Shown here in pieces: positions 29,240-38,219 of a stretch of 39,677 nt of DNA (position 1 is its first letter; every line of letters begins with the position of its first letter). The translations under genes were made by a program, and so were the position numbers. The DNA comes from a virus. The stretch lies in the UHGV virus genome UHGV-1472620, one strand, 5' to 3'. The notes beneath the pieces were generated by a model. That model was not told where the DNA came from. It did no database searches and saw only the letters and a program-made list of their open reading frames with translations.

Positions 29240-29527
29240 TTAGTCCTCATCCACTTCAACGCCATCTTTCAGCGTGATGCCGTGCCAATCATCAGCCCAA
29301 CTGGTTAGCCCTGGCGCATCAATGCTAGGCATATAGACGCTTGCAGTGTGGTAGCCCTTATCGTTATCAATGCTGGCAACGTGCTCGCCGTTGTATGCGC
29401 TCAGCGTGTCCAGGACGCTATAAAACTTTCCTCCGGCTGCCCTGAAATCCTTTACAGCCTTCACAAGGCGATTCCACGCTTTTTCCTGTTCTGGCGTCAG
29501 GTCGATTAATTCCTGCAAAGTTGCCAT
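29240..29527 (-). CDS. Hypothetical early protein
   Basis: Start placed at internal ATG adjacent to stop of upstream gene. Confidence 0.4.
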   Translation of the reverse strand: MATLQELIDLTPEQEKAWNRLVKAVKDFRAAGGKFYSVLDTLSAYNGEHVASIDNDKGYHTASVYMPSIDAPGLTSWADDWHGITLKDGVEVDED

Positions 29528-29528
29528 A

Positions 29529-30152
29529 TCACTCTCCTTTGATGCGAATGCCAGCGGCGCGCTCGGATTCACTTTGTTCCCAAAACCACTTGTGAAGCTC
29601 CATAAGCTTTTCGTCAATCGGTGCATATTTGCGATTAAAGTAGGCCTGAGCATCTTTCTCAGATTCGTCCGGCAATTCGCCAGGGCCAAACAGTGTGTTA
29701 TAAATCCATGCCAGTCCGCTCTTAGCGTCGCCAGTTGCCTGCCATTCGATAATCGCAGCCTGCATGACCAGAATGTTTTTCCCGATTAACAGGTCCAGTT
29801 CTTTGAACCGGTTGCGGATGTATGCATTCTCGCTTTGTAATTCAGCGTTGCGCTTCTCTGCGGCTTCCAGCTCAACTCGCAGCTTCCCAACCGTAAGCGC
29901 AATATCCTCGTTCTCCTGGTCACGGCGTTTTATGTATTGCTGGTTTCTTTCCCGTTCATCCAGCAGTGCCAGCACCGTTTCCGGGCCGGTCAGCAGTTTG
30001 AAGTTGTTAATCGCATCAATATCAACATCGCTATCTTTAAGCTCCTTTTCGCTTAACAAGTCATCATCGGCTGGCAACGTTAACAGGCGTTCCATTGCCG
30101 GAATTGCGCGTTCTGCCGCTTCACGCAGTGCCTGATAGTCAATCTTGCTCAC
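29529..30152 (-). CDS. Coiled-coil early protein (possibly ead/Ea22-like)
   Basis: 207 aa, highly charged helical; family call from recollection only. Confidence 0.45.
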   Translation of the reverse strand: MSKIDYQALREAAERAIPAMERLLTLPADDDLLSEKELKDSDVDIDAINNFKLLTGPETVLALLDERERNQQYIKRRDQENEDIALTVGKLRVELEAAEKRNAELQSENAYIRNRFKELDLLIGKNILVMQAAIIEWQATGDAKSGLAWIYNTLFGPGELPDESEKDAQAYFNRKYAPIDEKLMELHKWFWEQSESERAAGIRIKGE

Positions 30153-30682
30153 TGGTTGCCTCCTTTGCGAAGCTTCGCCGCAAAATCAGCCGCAACCTCT
30201 TTGACCATATTGGATAGCGGAGTGCCACCTCCGAATTTTTCTGAGAACATCTCTACCCCCTGCGCCCGTACTTCAGCCAGGAAAGCATCGGTGGCTGGGG
30301 TTTCGATATCGTTAATTTCAGGAAGAATCTCTTCCCATGTAGCGATATCGCCATTCAAATGCCATCCGGCAATTCCACTGGAGTTATCCGCAACACTCCG
30401 AACGGCTTCAATAGCTTCATGCATTGCCGCATTCTCCGCCGCCAGCGCCGAAAACTTCTCGTGTGCCAACTTAACAGCCGAATCAGCCTGCTTAATTGAC
30501 TCAATCGCTTTCTGCTGGTCTTCGGCCATCGCATTAGCACGCACCAGTTGCACTTCCAGTTGCGTTGCCAAATCGCTGATCAGCTTTGCCACACTGCGCA
30601 TATCAACGGCACCACATTCTGCTTTCAGTTCCGAAGCCATCTCATGCCCGGCGGCAACTAACCCTTTGATATTACTTTCCAT
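30149..30682 (-). CDS. Hypothetical early protein, Ala/Glu-rich helical
   Basis: 177-aa ORF overlapping next gene start. Confidence 0.45.
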   Translation of the reverse strand: MESNIKGLVAAGHEMASELKAECGAVDMRSVAKLISDLATQLEVQLVRANAMAEDQQKAIESIKQADSAVKLAHEKFSALAAENAAMHEAIEAVRSVADNSSGIAGWHLNGDIATWEEILPEINDIETPATDAFLAEVRAQGVEMFSEKFGGGTPLSNMVKEVAADFAAKLRKGGNQ

Positions 30683-30743
30683 CTTTACCCTCGCTTATCC
30701 ACATAACTTATTGATTACATTGATAACTAAAAAGATCGTCGAT

Positions 30744-31088
30744 TCAGAACTCTTCGATGTTCCAGCCACCACCTGCTTTCTTTGGTTTAACCGTTACCCC
30801 GATGATTCGGAACGGATACTGATCTGCGGCGACTTTGGTTTTCACCCTGGCGTCGTCGGTCCAGAAACCTTTCACTTCGTGCAGTTCCATCTCGCCGGTG
30901 GCGAGCATCACAGCAAAATCTGGCGTATAGAACGTGTTGTCAGCTAACCGCAGCTTGATACCCTCAAATCGATACCAGACGATTTCTCCTGCACGTTTAC
31001 GCAACTCAAGGTGCTGGCAATACGCAGATTCTGTTTTGTTCATCTGGCCTGTTTTGAGTCGACCAAGAGCCTGTATCTGTTTTCTCAT
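30744..31088 (-). CDS. PD-(D/E)xK nuclease-like protein (VRR-NUC / DUF1064-like)
   Basis: YTPDF ... ELHEVKG motif arrangement; downstream of replication genes. Confidence 0.5.
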   Translation of the reverse strand: MRKQIQALGRLKTGQMNKTESAYCQHLELRKRAGEIVWYRFEGIKLRLADNTFYTPDFAVMLATGEMELHEVKGFWTDDARVKTKVAADQYPFRIIGVTVKPKKAGGGWNIEEF

Positions 31089-31153
31089 AATTTACCCCTG
31101 AGGTAATTAAAAACCACATAAGACACGAAATCAATAGAGTTTAGAATACTTTG

Positions 31154-31168
31154 TTACCCAGAAGGTAA
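31154..31168. promoter_or_regulatory. Operator-like palindrome TTACC-N5-GGTAA
   Basis: TTACCCAGAAGGTAA between P-like gene and nuclease-like gene. Confidence 0.5.
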
Positions 31169-31205
31169 CTATCAAGGCGTAAAAAAATGCGCTATCGCGC
31201 TGGTA

Positions 31206-32006
31206 TTACTTGATAAATCCTGCCGCCTTTCCCCGCCTGTATTCCTCCATCAGCCACTGTGCCGGTGTTATTCCCCCCAATGTGGCGGCGTTAGGCATAC
31301 ACCCGAAACTTCGCCCTGGTGGATGGTAAACGTCTCTCCCTGTGTCCGGAGGCGTACTCATGGGTTCTGGCTTTGCCTGTATGCTGATCACCGGATCGGG
31401 TATCTGCTGTCCGGAAGCTACCTTTTTCGCCCAATCATCGAGCAGCCTGCGCGCGTGTTTCTCAACCTCAATCTCGCTAAGCTGGCGCTGATACATTGCA
31501 CGGCGGGTATCACATACGACCCAGTACATAACCGGATGTCGCCACGGGAATCTTTCGGGACCACCAGGATATAAACTTTTTTCCTTGCTGTACCGGTGAA
31601 ACTCCGCCATCACATCGTCAATGGTGACGCCAAGAACCATCTTGCTGTCTTTACACCACTTGATGAATTGCCCTGGCGACGGCCAGAACGGAGATTCACT
31701 GGCGCGGGCGTGGCGCATACCAGCAGAAACCTGTTCACGGGTTCGGATCCCCCCTTCGGCAAACGCAGCAATCCACTGCTGTTTTGCAGCAACTTCCTGC
31801 TCTGGAGTCTTCAGGTTGGTTACTACTGCCGCCGGAAACAGTTGTTTCAGCTGTTTGAAAAGGGCATCAACAAGCCTCTCTGCTGACATGTTCACCACAT
31901 TGTCATTGTTGACGTACTGATGCTCATAACCTGACATGCGAGAAAGGGCTTCTCCGTCACGGTTTTGTATCGCGGTAAAAACGTTGTTCACAAGAAATCC
32001 TCCCAC
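31206..32006 (-). CDS. Replication protein P-like (helicase loader)
   Basis: REQVSAGMRHARASESPFWPSPGQFIKWCK aligns with lambda P (EQVNAGMRVARRQNRPFLPSPGQFVAWCR) as recalled. Confidence 0.75.
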   Translation of the reverse strand: MGGFLVNNVFTAIQNRDGEALSRMSGYEHQYVNNDNVVNMSAERLVDALFKQLKQLFPAAVVTNLKTPEQEVAAKQQWIAAFAEGGIRTREQVSAGMRHARASESPFWPSPGQFIKWCKDSKMVLGVTIDDVMAEFHRYSKEKSLYPGGPERFPWRHPVMYWVVCDTRRAMYQRQLSEIEVEKHARRLLDDWAKKVASGQQIPDPVISIQAKPEPMSTPPDTGRDVYHPPGRSFGCMPNAATLGGITPAQWLMEEYRRGKAAGFIK

Positions 32007-32803
32007 GCTTCAGGGCTGTTCCAGTGCGGAACGTTGTTATCAGGTAATGTTGATTGCTTCTGTCTGCTAATCTGCAGCCGCCTTGCCAGCTTCTGCTCCC
32101 ACTGTGCCTGATGGTATGCCTTACCCTCAGCCATCCAGTAAATTCTGAACTCTGCAAGCTCCTGTGCCGTTGGCAGACTGTCCAGGTAGATCCCCTGCAA
32201 TGAGCTTTTCCGAAGAAAGTCATCTGATGGCTGCCATTGTTCATGCATGACAAATTTGCCTAATTGCCCTGGCCCACCAGGAGGAACAAAGTTATTCATC
32301 ACGGCGTTGTTTGCGCCGGGGTCATGAGGCACAGAATCCCCGCTTTTTGTCCTGCTCTCCCTCTCTTGGTTAAATGACTGGTTATATGACTGGTTCTGGA
32401 TCCCGTTTTTGGGATCATTCAACATCCCGTTTTTGGGATCATTCAACATCCCGTTTTTGGGTATATTCCCGTTTTCGGTAACATTACCGTTTTCGGGTTC
32501 ATTACCCCCTTCCCGGTTGCCTTTAATGTTCCCGTTTTTGGTTATATTAAGAGAGAAAACCCGCACTCTTTTCGTCGCACCCTTTCTCTCTCCGGTATCT
32601 GAAATAAGCCCCATTTTCATGAGCGATATAAGCCCGGCCTGCACGGTTTTTTTATTCAGGCAAGTGTCTTTAACGAGGCGTTCTATGCTGGGGTAGCAGA
32701 GGTTATATTCATCGGCTCTGTCAGCCATCGAGAGCAGTATGAGCTTTAATGACGAGCTACCTGGATCTGTCTCCCAGGCCCAATCTGTTGCATGTCTGCT
32801 CAT
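31988..32803 (-). CDS. Replication initiator O-like
   Basis: N-terminal HTH-like domain, Asn-rich repeat linker encoded by the iterons, then C-terminal domain; immediately upstream of P-like gene. Confidence 0.7.
   Translation of the reverse strand: MSRHATDWAWETDPGSSSLKLILLSMADRADEYNLCYPSIERLVKDTCLNKKTVQAGLISLMKMGLISDTGERKGATKRVRVFSLNITKNGNIKGNREGGNEPENGNVTENGNIPKNGMLNDPKNGMLNDPKNGIQNQSYNQSFNQERESRTKSGDSVPHDPGANNAVMNNFVPPGGPGQLGKFVMHEQWQPSDDFLRKSSLQGIYLDSLPTAQELAEFRIYWMAEGKAYHQAQWEQKLARRLQISRQKQSTLPDNNVPHWNSPEAWEDFL
32373..32550. repeat. Origin of replication iterons inside O-like gene
   Basis: Direct repeats TCCCGTTTTTGGGATCATTCAACA x2 (32401-32448) plus at least four degenerate CCGTTTT(T/C)GG copies and ATGACTGGTT x2. 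Confidence 0.75.
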
Positions 32804-32818
32804 GATTAATCTCCGCTA

Positions 32819-33019
32819 TCAGCTTGAATGTTGTGGGGAGGAATTAATCATGATCTGCTTAATCTCTGCCCTGATGCGACGGTTTGATTCCATAGTGCAC
32901 TCAACACAGTGTCCGTTGTAAACCCAGCGTTCACTGTCATGTCCGTGCTTACATGGTTTTCCGGTGTAGTAGCGTTTAAGTCCGCGCTTTGCGGCATCAA
33001 TACGTGTAATAATTTCCAT
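32819..33019 (-). CDS. Small zinc-finger protein
   Basis: CKHGHDSERWVYNGHCVEC cluster; between Cro-like and O-like genes. Confidence 0.45.
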   Translation of the reverse strand: MEIITRIDAAKRGLKRYYTGKPCKHGHDSERWVYNGHCVECTMESNRRIRAEIKQIMINSSPQHSS

Positions 33020-33099
33020 GGTAAGCCCTGTTATTAGTATTGGGATTACGGTCATTTTGTGCTGACACAAAAAAAAGATCAACCAGATTTGGTTTTTTA

Positions 33100-33114
33100 T
33101 TACCTTTGAGGTAC
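33100..33114. promoter_or_regulatory. Operator-like palindrome (one mismatch)
   Basis: TTACCTTTGAGGTAC. Confidence 0.4.
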
Positions 33115-33169
33115 GAATAGATATGAAAAGACCGCCGGATGGCGGTCTACAGAGGGTTGTGGATGGATA

Positions 33170-33400
33170 TCATGAGTAGAAGAAGTATGCCAGTTCTGCT
33201 TTTGAGCGCAGCCATTGTCTTGTTTTACAGGCTTTAAAAAGCCCATTCATCAATACCTTACCTGGCATTTTGCGCTTACCTGTTAAGTGAGTCTGGATAT
33301 AGTGACTCGTCGTTCCGGCTTCCTGTGCGAAGGCTTCACGCTCATCCGGAGTAAGTGCAAGCCAGTGCTTTTTGAAATCGAAATGTCCGTTATCGCTCAT
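33170..33400 (-). CDS. Cro-like regulator
   Basis: 76-aa ORF divergent from repressor; first gene of minus-strand early operon. Confidence 0.5.
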   Translation of the reverse strand: MSDNGHFDFKKHWLALTPDEREAFAQEAGTTSHYIQTHLTGKRKMPGKVLMNGLFKACKTRQWLRSKAELAYFFYS

Positions 33401-33436
33401 AGCTATTGCCTGATATTTATTTCAGATAATAAATAT

Positions 33437-33499
33437 TCACCCATAAGGTAACAAAAATCAAGGATAGTTACCTATGAGGTGCATTTACCTGTTGGGTAA
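33437..33499. promoter_or_regulatory. Immunity region operators (three sites)
   Basis: TCACCCATAAGGTAA, TTACCTATGAGGTGC and TTACCTGTTGGGTAA between divergent Cro-like and repressor genes. Confidence 0.65.
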
Positions 33500-33554
33500 T
33501 ATTGCTTTAAATTGAATCATCTACTGATTCATATATGAGGCGATTTTCCAGAAA

Positions 33555-34139
33555 ATGAAAAGTATCCAGGACGTCCGCAGGCAAAATCTCAACGACTTGA
33601 TCGACCGTGAATTCAATGGTGTTCAGACGCGGATGGCAGAAAAACTTGGAACTCAGGCAAATCTGGTAAACCGCTGGGCTCTTGGCAAGAAGGTTATCGG
33701 CGACCAGGTTGCGCGAAAAATTGAAGCTGCCGCCAATAAACCCCGTAACTGGCTTGATATCGATCGCTCGCTTTCTCAGGAAGGTTTTCAGCCTGTCGGC
33801 CCAAGCGACATTGGTCAGCTGGCGGCTCACAACCTGGAACGCTGGATGAGCGAAAGCCGCGACCTTTCAACGCAGGGAAAACTTCACCGCGCATCCGGCG
33901 TCGCCCAGGTGACAATCAGTCGCCTGTTAAACAATGAGGTCAGCGTTTCCATTTCCACCCTGGAGAATGTTGCATCCGCATTCGGGCGTCACGGATATGA
34001 ACTACTGATTCACCCGCACGACCCTGCGACTATCAACTATGACCGCTCGCGCTACGCATTGTTACCCGAAACCGAGAAAGCAAAGATCGAAAGTTACATT
34101 GAATTTGTCATCAACCAGAACGAAAAAAGCAAACAATAA
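33555..34139 (+). CDS. Prophage repressor with tandem HTH domains and no peptidase domain
   Basis: Two Cro/C1-type HTH-like segments; no Ser-Lys autopeptidase region seen. Confidence 0.7.
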   Translation: MKSIQDVRRQNLNDLIDREFNGVQTRMAEKLGTQANLVNRWALGKKVIGDQVARKIEAAANKPRNWLDIDRSLSQEGFQPVGPSDIGQLAAHNLERWMSESRDLSTQGKLHRASGVAQVTISRLLNNEVSVSISTLENVASAFGRHGYELLIHPHDPATINYDRSRYALLPETEKAKIESYIEFVINQNEKSKQ

Positions 34140-34159
34140 AACTATATTTTTCAGTAAGT

Positions 34160-34186
34160 AAGCCGCCTCATGGCGGCTTTTTTATT
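34160..34186 (+). terminator. Intrinsic terminator after repressor gene
   Basis: AAGCCGCC-TCAT-GGCGGCTT then TTTTATT. Confidence 0.7.
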
Positions 34187-34196
34187 GCCAGATAGA

Positions 34197-34273
34197 TTAC
34201 CTTACGGGTAATTTTTTTAACTCATATCTATTGACACCAAACCAAATAAGCATAATTATTACCTCAACGGTAA
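34197..34273. promoter_or_regulatory. Early-left promoter region with two operator palindromes
   Basis: TTACCTTACGGGTAA (34197-34211) and TTACCTCAACGGTAA (34259-34273) flanking a TTGACA -35-like hexamer at 34241. Confidence 0.55.
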
Positions 34274-34292
34274 CAGACCGAGGTAACAAGTT

Positions 34293-34445
34293 ATGCAGTG
34301 GAAAATCATCAACGGTTGGTACTGCGTTACTGCATGCGGATTCATGAGCTGGAAGTTCCGCACCTTACAGGAAGGCATTAAGTGGGCTTTCGTCAGCAAA
34401 GAAGCTCGCGATGTAGCCAACGATAATGAGATATGGGAGGGCTGA
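34293..34445 (+). CDS. Small ORF (50 aa), first gene of early-left operon
   Basis: GAGGT Shine-Dalgarno before ATG; stop 2 nt before next ATG; not in the ORF track. Confidence 0.3.
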   Translation: MQWKIINGWYCVTACGFMSWKFRTLQEGIKWAFVSKEARDVANDNEIWEG

Positions 34446-34447
34446 TA

Positions 34448-34747
34448 ATGAACGTTAATCAGCAGAAAAATCTTCAAAAAATCATGCTGGCATTCGACAA
34501 GGACTACCGCCTGTCAGAACAGCTATATGACCGACAAGTTGAACTGATTGAGAGCATCCGACTTCATCAACTGTCCTCAACTTTCGACGTTGTAACAGGC
34601 AAAGGCGTTCGTCAGGAAGTGCTGGAGGCTGCTAAAGACAGCCCTGAGTTCGAAGAACTGATGGATGCCTACCGGCGCGAGGCAATGGCAATTATAGCGC
34701 GCTGGGATCTGGCGGATCAGCTTGATGGGCAGAGGGACGCGGCATGA
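34448..34747 (+). CDS. Hypothetical early protein
   Basis: 100 aa from ATG 34448; overlaps exonuclease start. Confidence 0.45.
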   Translation: MNVNQQKNLQKIMLAFDKDYRLSEQLYDRQVELIESIRLHQLSSTFDVVTGKGVRQEVLEAAKDSPEFEELMDAYRREAMAIIARWDLADQLDGQRDAA

Positions 34748-35643
34748 TGCGGAACGCTGGAATCATGGATAGAACAAAATACATCGGAGGAAGCGATGTT
34801 GCAGGGATTCTTGGAATTAGCCCATGGCGCACCCCGCTTGAGGTTTATCTGGATAAGGTCCAGCCACGTGTCAAACCAGTAGACCAAAGCAAGCAGAAAG
34901 TTTTCACGCGTGGCCAGCGTATGGAGCCATACGTAATAGACCTGCTTTCTGAGGAAACAGGGATGGAAATCGTTCATCGCGGAAACCGCTATATCCACCG
35001 TGATTACGATTTTATTGCAGCTGAGATCGATGCAGAAGCAGCGTCAGGCGAGAACATTGAGATCAAAACAGTTAGTCCGTTCAAGGCCAAAGAATGGGGA
35101 GAAATCCAGACAGATGCAATTCCTGTGCATTACACGGCCCAGGCCATGCACGGGTTGATGGTTACAAACAAACAGGTATGCGTTTTCGGTGTGCTTATCG
35201 GTGGCGACGACTTCCGAATCTATCGGGTTGAGCGTGATGAAGAAACTATCCAGGCGATCTTAGAAAAAGAAATCGCTTTCTGGGACCGAGTGAAAAATCT
35301 TAACCCGCCGGAAGCTACCAGCGTAAGCGATGTATCGCTGATGTTTGAGAAAGATGCCGGGACAAGTATCGAGGCTGACGGAAAGGCACTCGCACTATTC
35401 AACGATCTACGAGACATGAAATCACGCAGAAAATCACTGGAAGAAGAAATAGCTATATCAGAAGAGAAGCTGAAGATGTACATGCAAGAGCACTCAGTCC
35501 TGACCCTGGACGGAAAGCCGCTCTGCACATGGAAATCTCAGATCAGCAACAGATTCGACCAGAAGCTATTCCAGTCAGTACACCCTGAGTTATTCGAAAA
35601 ATTCAAAACAACAACGACACAACGCGTCTTCAGAATGAAGTAA
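34744..35643 (+). CDS. YqaJ-like recombination exonuclease
   Basis: N-terminal GGSDVAGILGISPWRTPLEVY pattern; immediately upstream of RecT. Confidence 0.75.
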   Translation: MMRNAGIMDRTKYIGGSDVAGILGISPWRTPLEVYLDKVQPRVKPVDQSKQKVFTRGQRMEPYVIDLLSEETGMEIVHRGNRYIHRDYDFIAAEIDAEAASGENIEIKTVSPFKAKEWGEIQTDAIPVHYTAQAMHGLMVTNKQVCVFGVLIGGDDFRIYRVERDEETIQAILEKEIAFWDRVKNLNPPEATSVSDVSLMFEKDAGTSIEADGKALALFNDLRDMKSRRKSLEEEIAISEEKLKMYMQEHSVLTLDGKPLCTWKSQISNRFDQKLFQSVHPELFEKFKTTTTQRVFRMK

Positions 35644-35652
35644 GGAGAAAAA

Positions 35653-36675
35653 ATGTCTATCAATGCACTTAAGGCAGCGGCTACCGGTAACCAAGTTGCA
35701 CATCATAATGAGAAACCAACAACTCTGGCCGGACTTCTGGCAGACCCAAAAATTAAAGCTCAGATGGCTTTGGCACTTCCAAAGCACATGACAGCAGACC
35801 GTCTGGCGCGCATAGCAACCACAGAGATCAGAAAGGTTCCAAAACTTGCATCATGCGACCAAGCCAGCTTCCTGGGGGCAATTATGCAATGTGCCCAATT
35901 GGGTCTTGAACCAGGCGGAGCTCTTGGACACGCTTACCTGATACCGTTCGACAAACGCCAGAAAGTAAATGGAAGATGGGAAACCGTATCTACAGAAGCA
36001 CAGCTGATTATCGGCTATCGCGGAATGATTGACCTTGCCCGCCGCTCTGGGCAGATCCTGAGTATCTCGGCTCGTACCGTACATACAAACGACAAATTCA
36101 GCTACTCATACGGCCTGGAAGAAACGCTCGAGCATTTACCTTGCGAAACAGGTGACCGCGGAGAATTAACGCACGTTTACGCCGTTGCACGACTGAAAGA
36201 TGGCGGAGTCCAATTTGAAGTTATGAGCCGGGCAGACGTTGAGAAAGTTCGTGCACTGAGCAAAGCCGGTAGCAGTGGCCCATGGGTTGATCACTTCGAT
36301 GAGATGGCTAAAAAAACAGTAATTCGCCGACTGTTCAAATATCTTCCTGTTTCTATTGAAATGCAGAAGGCTGTTGTTATGGATGAGCGCGCTGAAGCTG
36401 GACTTAGCCAAGATAACGCAGCTGTTATCACTGGTGAATATTCCGTAGTTGACGATGAGCGTCAACACCTGTCGCCAATTTCAGATTCAGAACGAGAAGA
36501 AGCTCGAGAATATATCATCGCGATACTTAATAGCCTGGATCCATCTGCTGAAGATGCAAAAACGATGTTCAAGCGCGCTGAAAATGAAATTAACACCATG
36601 GCTGAAAAGCTCGGTGATGAATATCACCAAAAATTCATGATGACGCTTAACGATATGCGTCCAGAATTCGAGTAA
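35653..36675 (+). CDS. recT: RecT-family single-strand annealing protein
   Basis: 340 aa with RecT-like N-terminal region; paired with exonuclease. Confidence 0.8.
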   Translation: MSINALKAAATGNQVAHHNEKPTTLAGLLADPKIKAQMALALPKHMTADRLARIATTEIRKVPKLASCDQASFLGAIMQCAQLGLEPGGALGHAYLIPFDKRQKVNGRWETVSTEAQLIIGYRGMIDLARRSGQILSISARTVHTNDKFSYSYGLEETLEHLPCETGDRGELTHVYAVARLKDGGVQFEVMSRADVEKVRALSKAGSSGPWVDHFDEMAKKTVIRRLFKYLPVSIEMQKAVVMDERAEAGLSQDNAAVITGEYSVVDDERQHLSPISDSEREEAREYIIAILNSLDPSAEDAKTMFKRAENEINTMAEKLGDEYHQKFMMTLNDMRPEFE

Positions 36676-36724
36676 CCACCACCGCGGCGCCACGTGCGCC
36701 GCACTGCAACCAAGAGAGGTATTC

Positions 36725-36973
36725 ATGAAAGGTGCATTAGGTAAGAAAGAACTCCTGGCGGTGGTGCCACTGTCATGGAGCACTATCGACCGTATGGAGC
36801 GCGCAGGGGAATTTCCTAAACGCTGGTATATCACCGATAAACGCTGCGCATGGAACCGTGATGAAGTTGAGCGTTGGCTTGATGAACGTCAGGCAGCAAG
36901 CCCGGCAGAGTTCCAGGGTAAAAAGCCTCCTGTTCAGCAACGTGTATATCGTCCCGTGAGCAACGCTGCATGA
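36725..36973 (+). CDS. AlpA/excisionase-like HTH regulator
   Basis: 82 aa; GEFPKRWYITDKRCAWNRDEVERWL pattern; GAGAGG Shine-Dalgarno. Confidence 0.55.
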   Translation: MKGALGKKELLAVVPLSWSTIDRMERAGEFPKRWYITDKRCAWNRDEVERWLDERQAASPAEFQGKKPPVQQRVYRPVSNAA

Positions 36974-37082
36974 GTGCGCTGCTAAGGCACTGGAGCAAAT
37001 GGTCAGGATGGTACTTATTCCTGGCCTCTGTTTCAGCATGGCTTTATCTGCTGGCATTAATTTTCAGAGAGGGTTGGATTAA

Positions 37083-37382
37083 GTGAGAAAGTTAAGCCGA
37101 CTTGAAAAATATCACATGAATAAGGTTTCAATGCGCAGTCCGTCAAAGATTGTCGCCGTTACTCCTGCGGCGATAGAGATCGAAAAACGCGCGATTGAAA
37201 GAGAGAAAAAAGGGCAATTCCGCATTGCCGCTCACCTTTGGCTTCAGTGTATGGATGTTGCTTCTGGTGATGTTGAACGTGCAAGGATCGCGGTTCGCAG
37301 GGACCAATGTATCACAAAAGGTAACGGCCTTCGCCGTGGCGACTATAGCGGCATAGGATGTTGTGGGGTGGTTTATGACTAA
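37083..37382 (+). CDS. Hypothetical protein
   Basis: 99-aa ORF ending at methylase start. Confidence 0.35.
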   Translation: MRKLSRLEKYHMNKVSMRSPSKIVAVTPAAIEIEKRAIEREKKGQFRIAAHLWLQCMDVASGDVERARIAVRRDQCITKGNGLRRGDYSGIGCCGVVYD

Positions 37383-38025
37383 GAAATACACACTAATCTA
37401 TGCAGATCCACCCTGGGTATACCGGGACAAAGCCGCAGATGGTAATCGCGGTGCCGGTTTTAAATATCCGGTTATGAGTGTGCTGGATATCTGCCGCCTT
37501 CCTGTGTGGGATTTGGCCGATGAAAACTGTCTGTTGGCCATGTGGTGGGTGCCAACACAACCACTCGAAGCACTAAAAGTTGTTGAAGCCTGGGGATTCC
37601 GTCTGATGACGATGAAGGGCTTCACGTGGATAAAATGTGGTAGTCGACAACCAGATAAACTGGTTATGGGTATGGGACACATGACTCGCGCCAATAGTGA
37701 AGATTGCCTGTTTGCGGTAAAGGGAAAACTACCTACGCGCATTAATGCAGGGATCGTTCAGTCATTTACCGCACCGCGGCTTGAGCATTCAAGAAAGCCA
37801 GATATCGTTCGTGAAAAACTTGTGCAATTATTAGGCGATGTTTCTCGCATTGAACTGTTCGCCCGCCAGACGTCTCATGGCTTCGATGTTTGGGGTAATC
37901 AGTGCGAAGACCCGGCAGTGCAACTACACCCTGGATACGCGTTGGATATTGGCGGATTAACAAATGCATTCAGCAATGCTCCGCTGTCACCAACAGACAT
38001 CCAGGGGCGGGAGCGTGCTGCATGA
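37363..38025 (+). CDS. MT-A70-family DNA N6-adenine methyltransferase
   Basis: Catalytic DPPW motif (IYADPPWVY) near N-terminus. Confidence 0.8.
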   Translation: MGWFMTKKYTLIYADPPWVYRDKAADGNRGAGFKYPVMSVLDICRLPVWDLADENCLLAMWWVPTQPLEALKVVEAWGFRLMTMKGFTWIKCGSRQPDKLVMGMGHMTRANSEDCLFAVKGKLPTRINAGIVQSFTAPRLEHSRKPDIVREKLVQLLGDVSRIELFARQTSHGFDVWGNQCEDPAVQLHPGYALDIGGLTNAFSNAPLSPTDIQGRERAA

Positions 38026-38216
38026 ACAGGGCATCACCAGCAGATTTAAGAAAATGCCTTGAAACTGCAAACATGCTTGCACACAGCGGGATCAGGTTTG
38101 TTCCAATTCCCGCTGTCACTGATGCTGAATTTGCAACACTGTCAGCAATATTCGAAAACAAAATTGAATCACTGGCAGCAGAAGCAGAGATGGAAGAAAA
38201 TCAGCAGAACTATTAA
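38022..38216 (+). CDS. Small hypothetical protein
   Basis: ATGA overlap with methylase stop; 64 aa. Confidence 0.35.
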   Translation: MNRASPADLRKCLETANMLAHSGIRFVPIPAVTDAEFATLSAIFENKIESLAAEAEMEENQQNY

Positions 38217-38219
38217 ACG

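Noticed and set aside
30156-30947. 263-aa plus-strand ORF
   Set aside because: Antisense to two coupled early genes; Ser/Ala-rich low-complexity translation.
32373-32550. Possible CRISPR array suggested by direct repeats
   Set aside because: Repeats are about 24 bp without unique spacers, lie inside a coding gene and fit ori iterons; no cas genes present.
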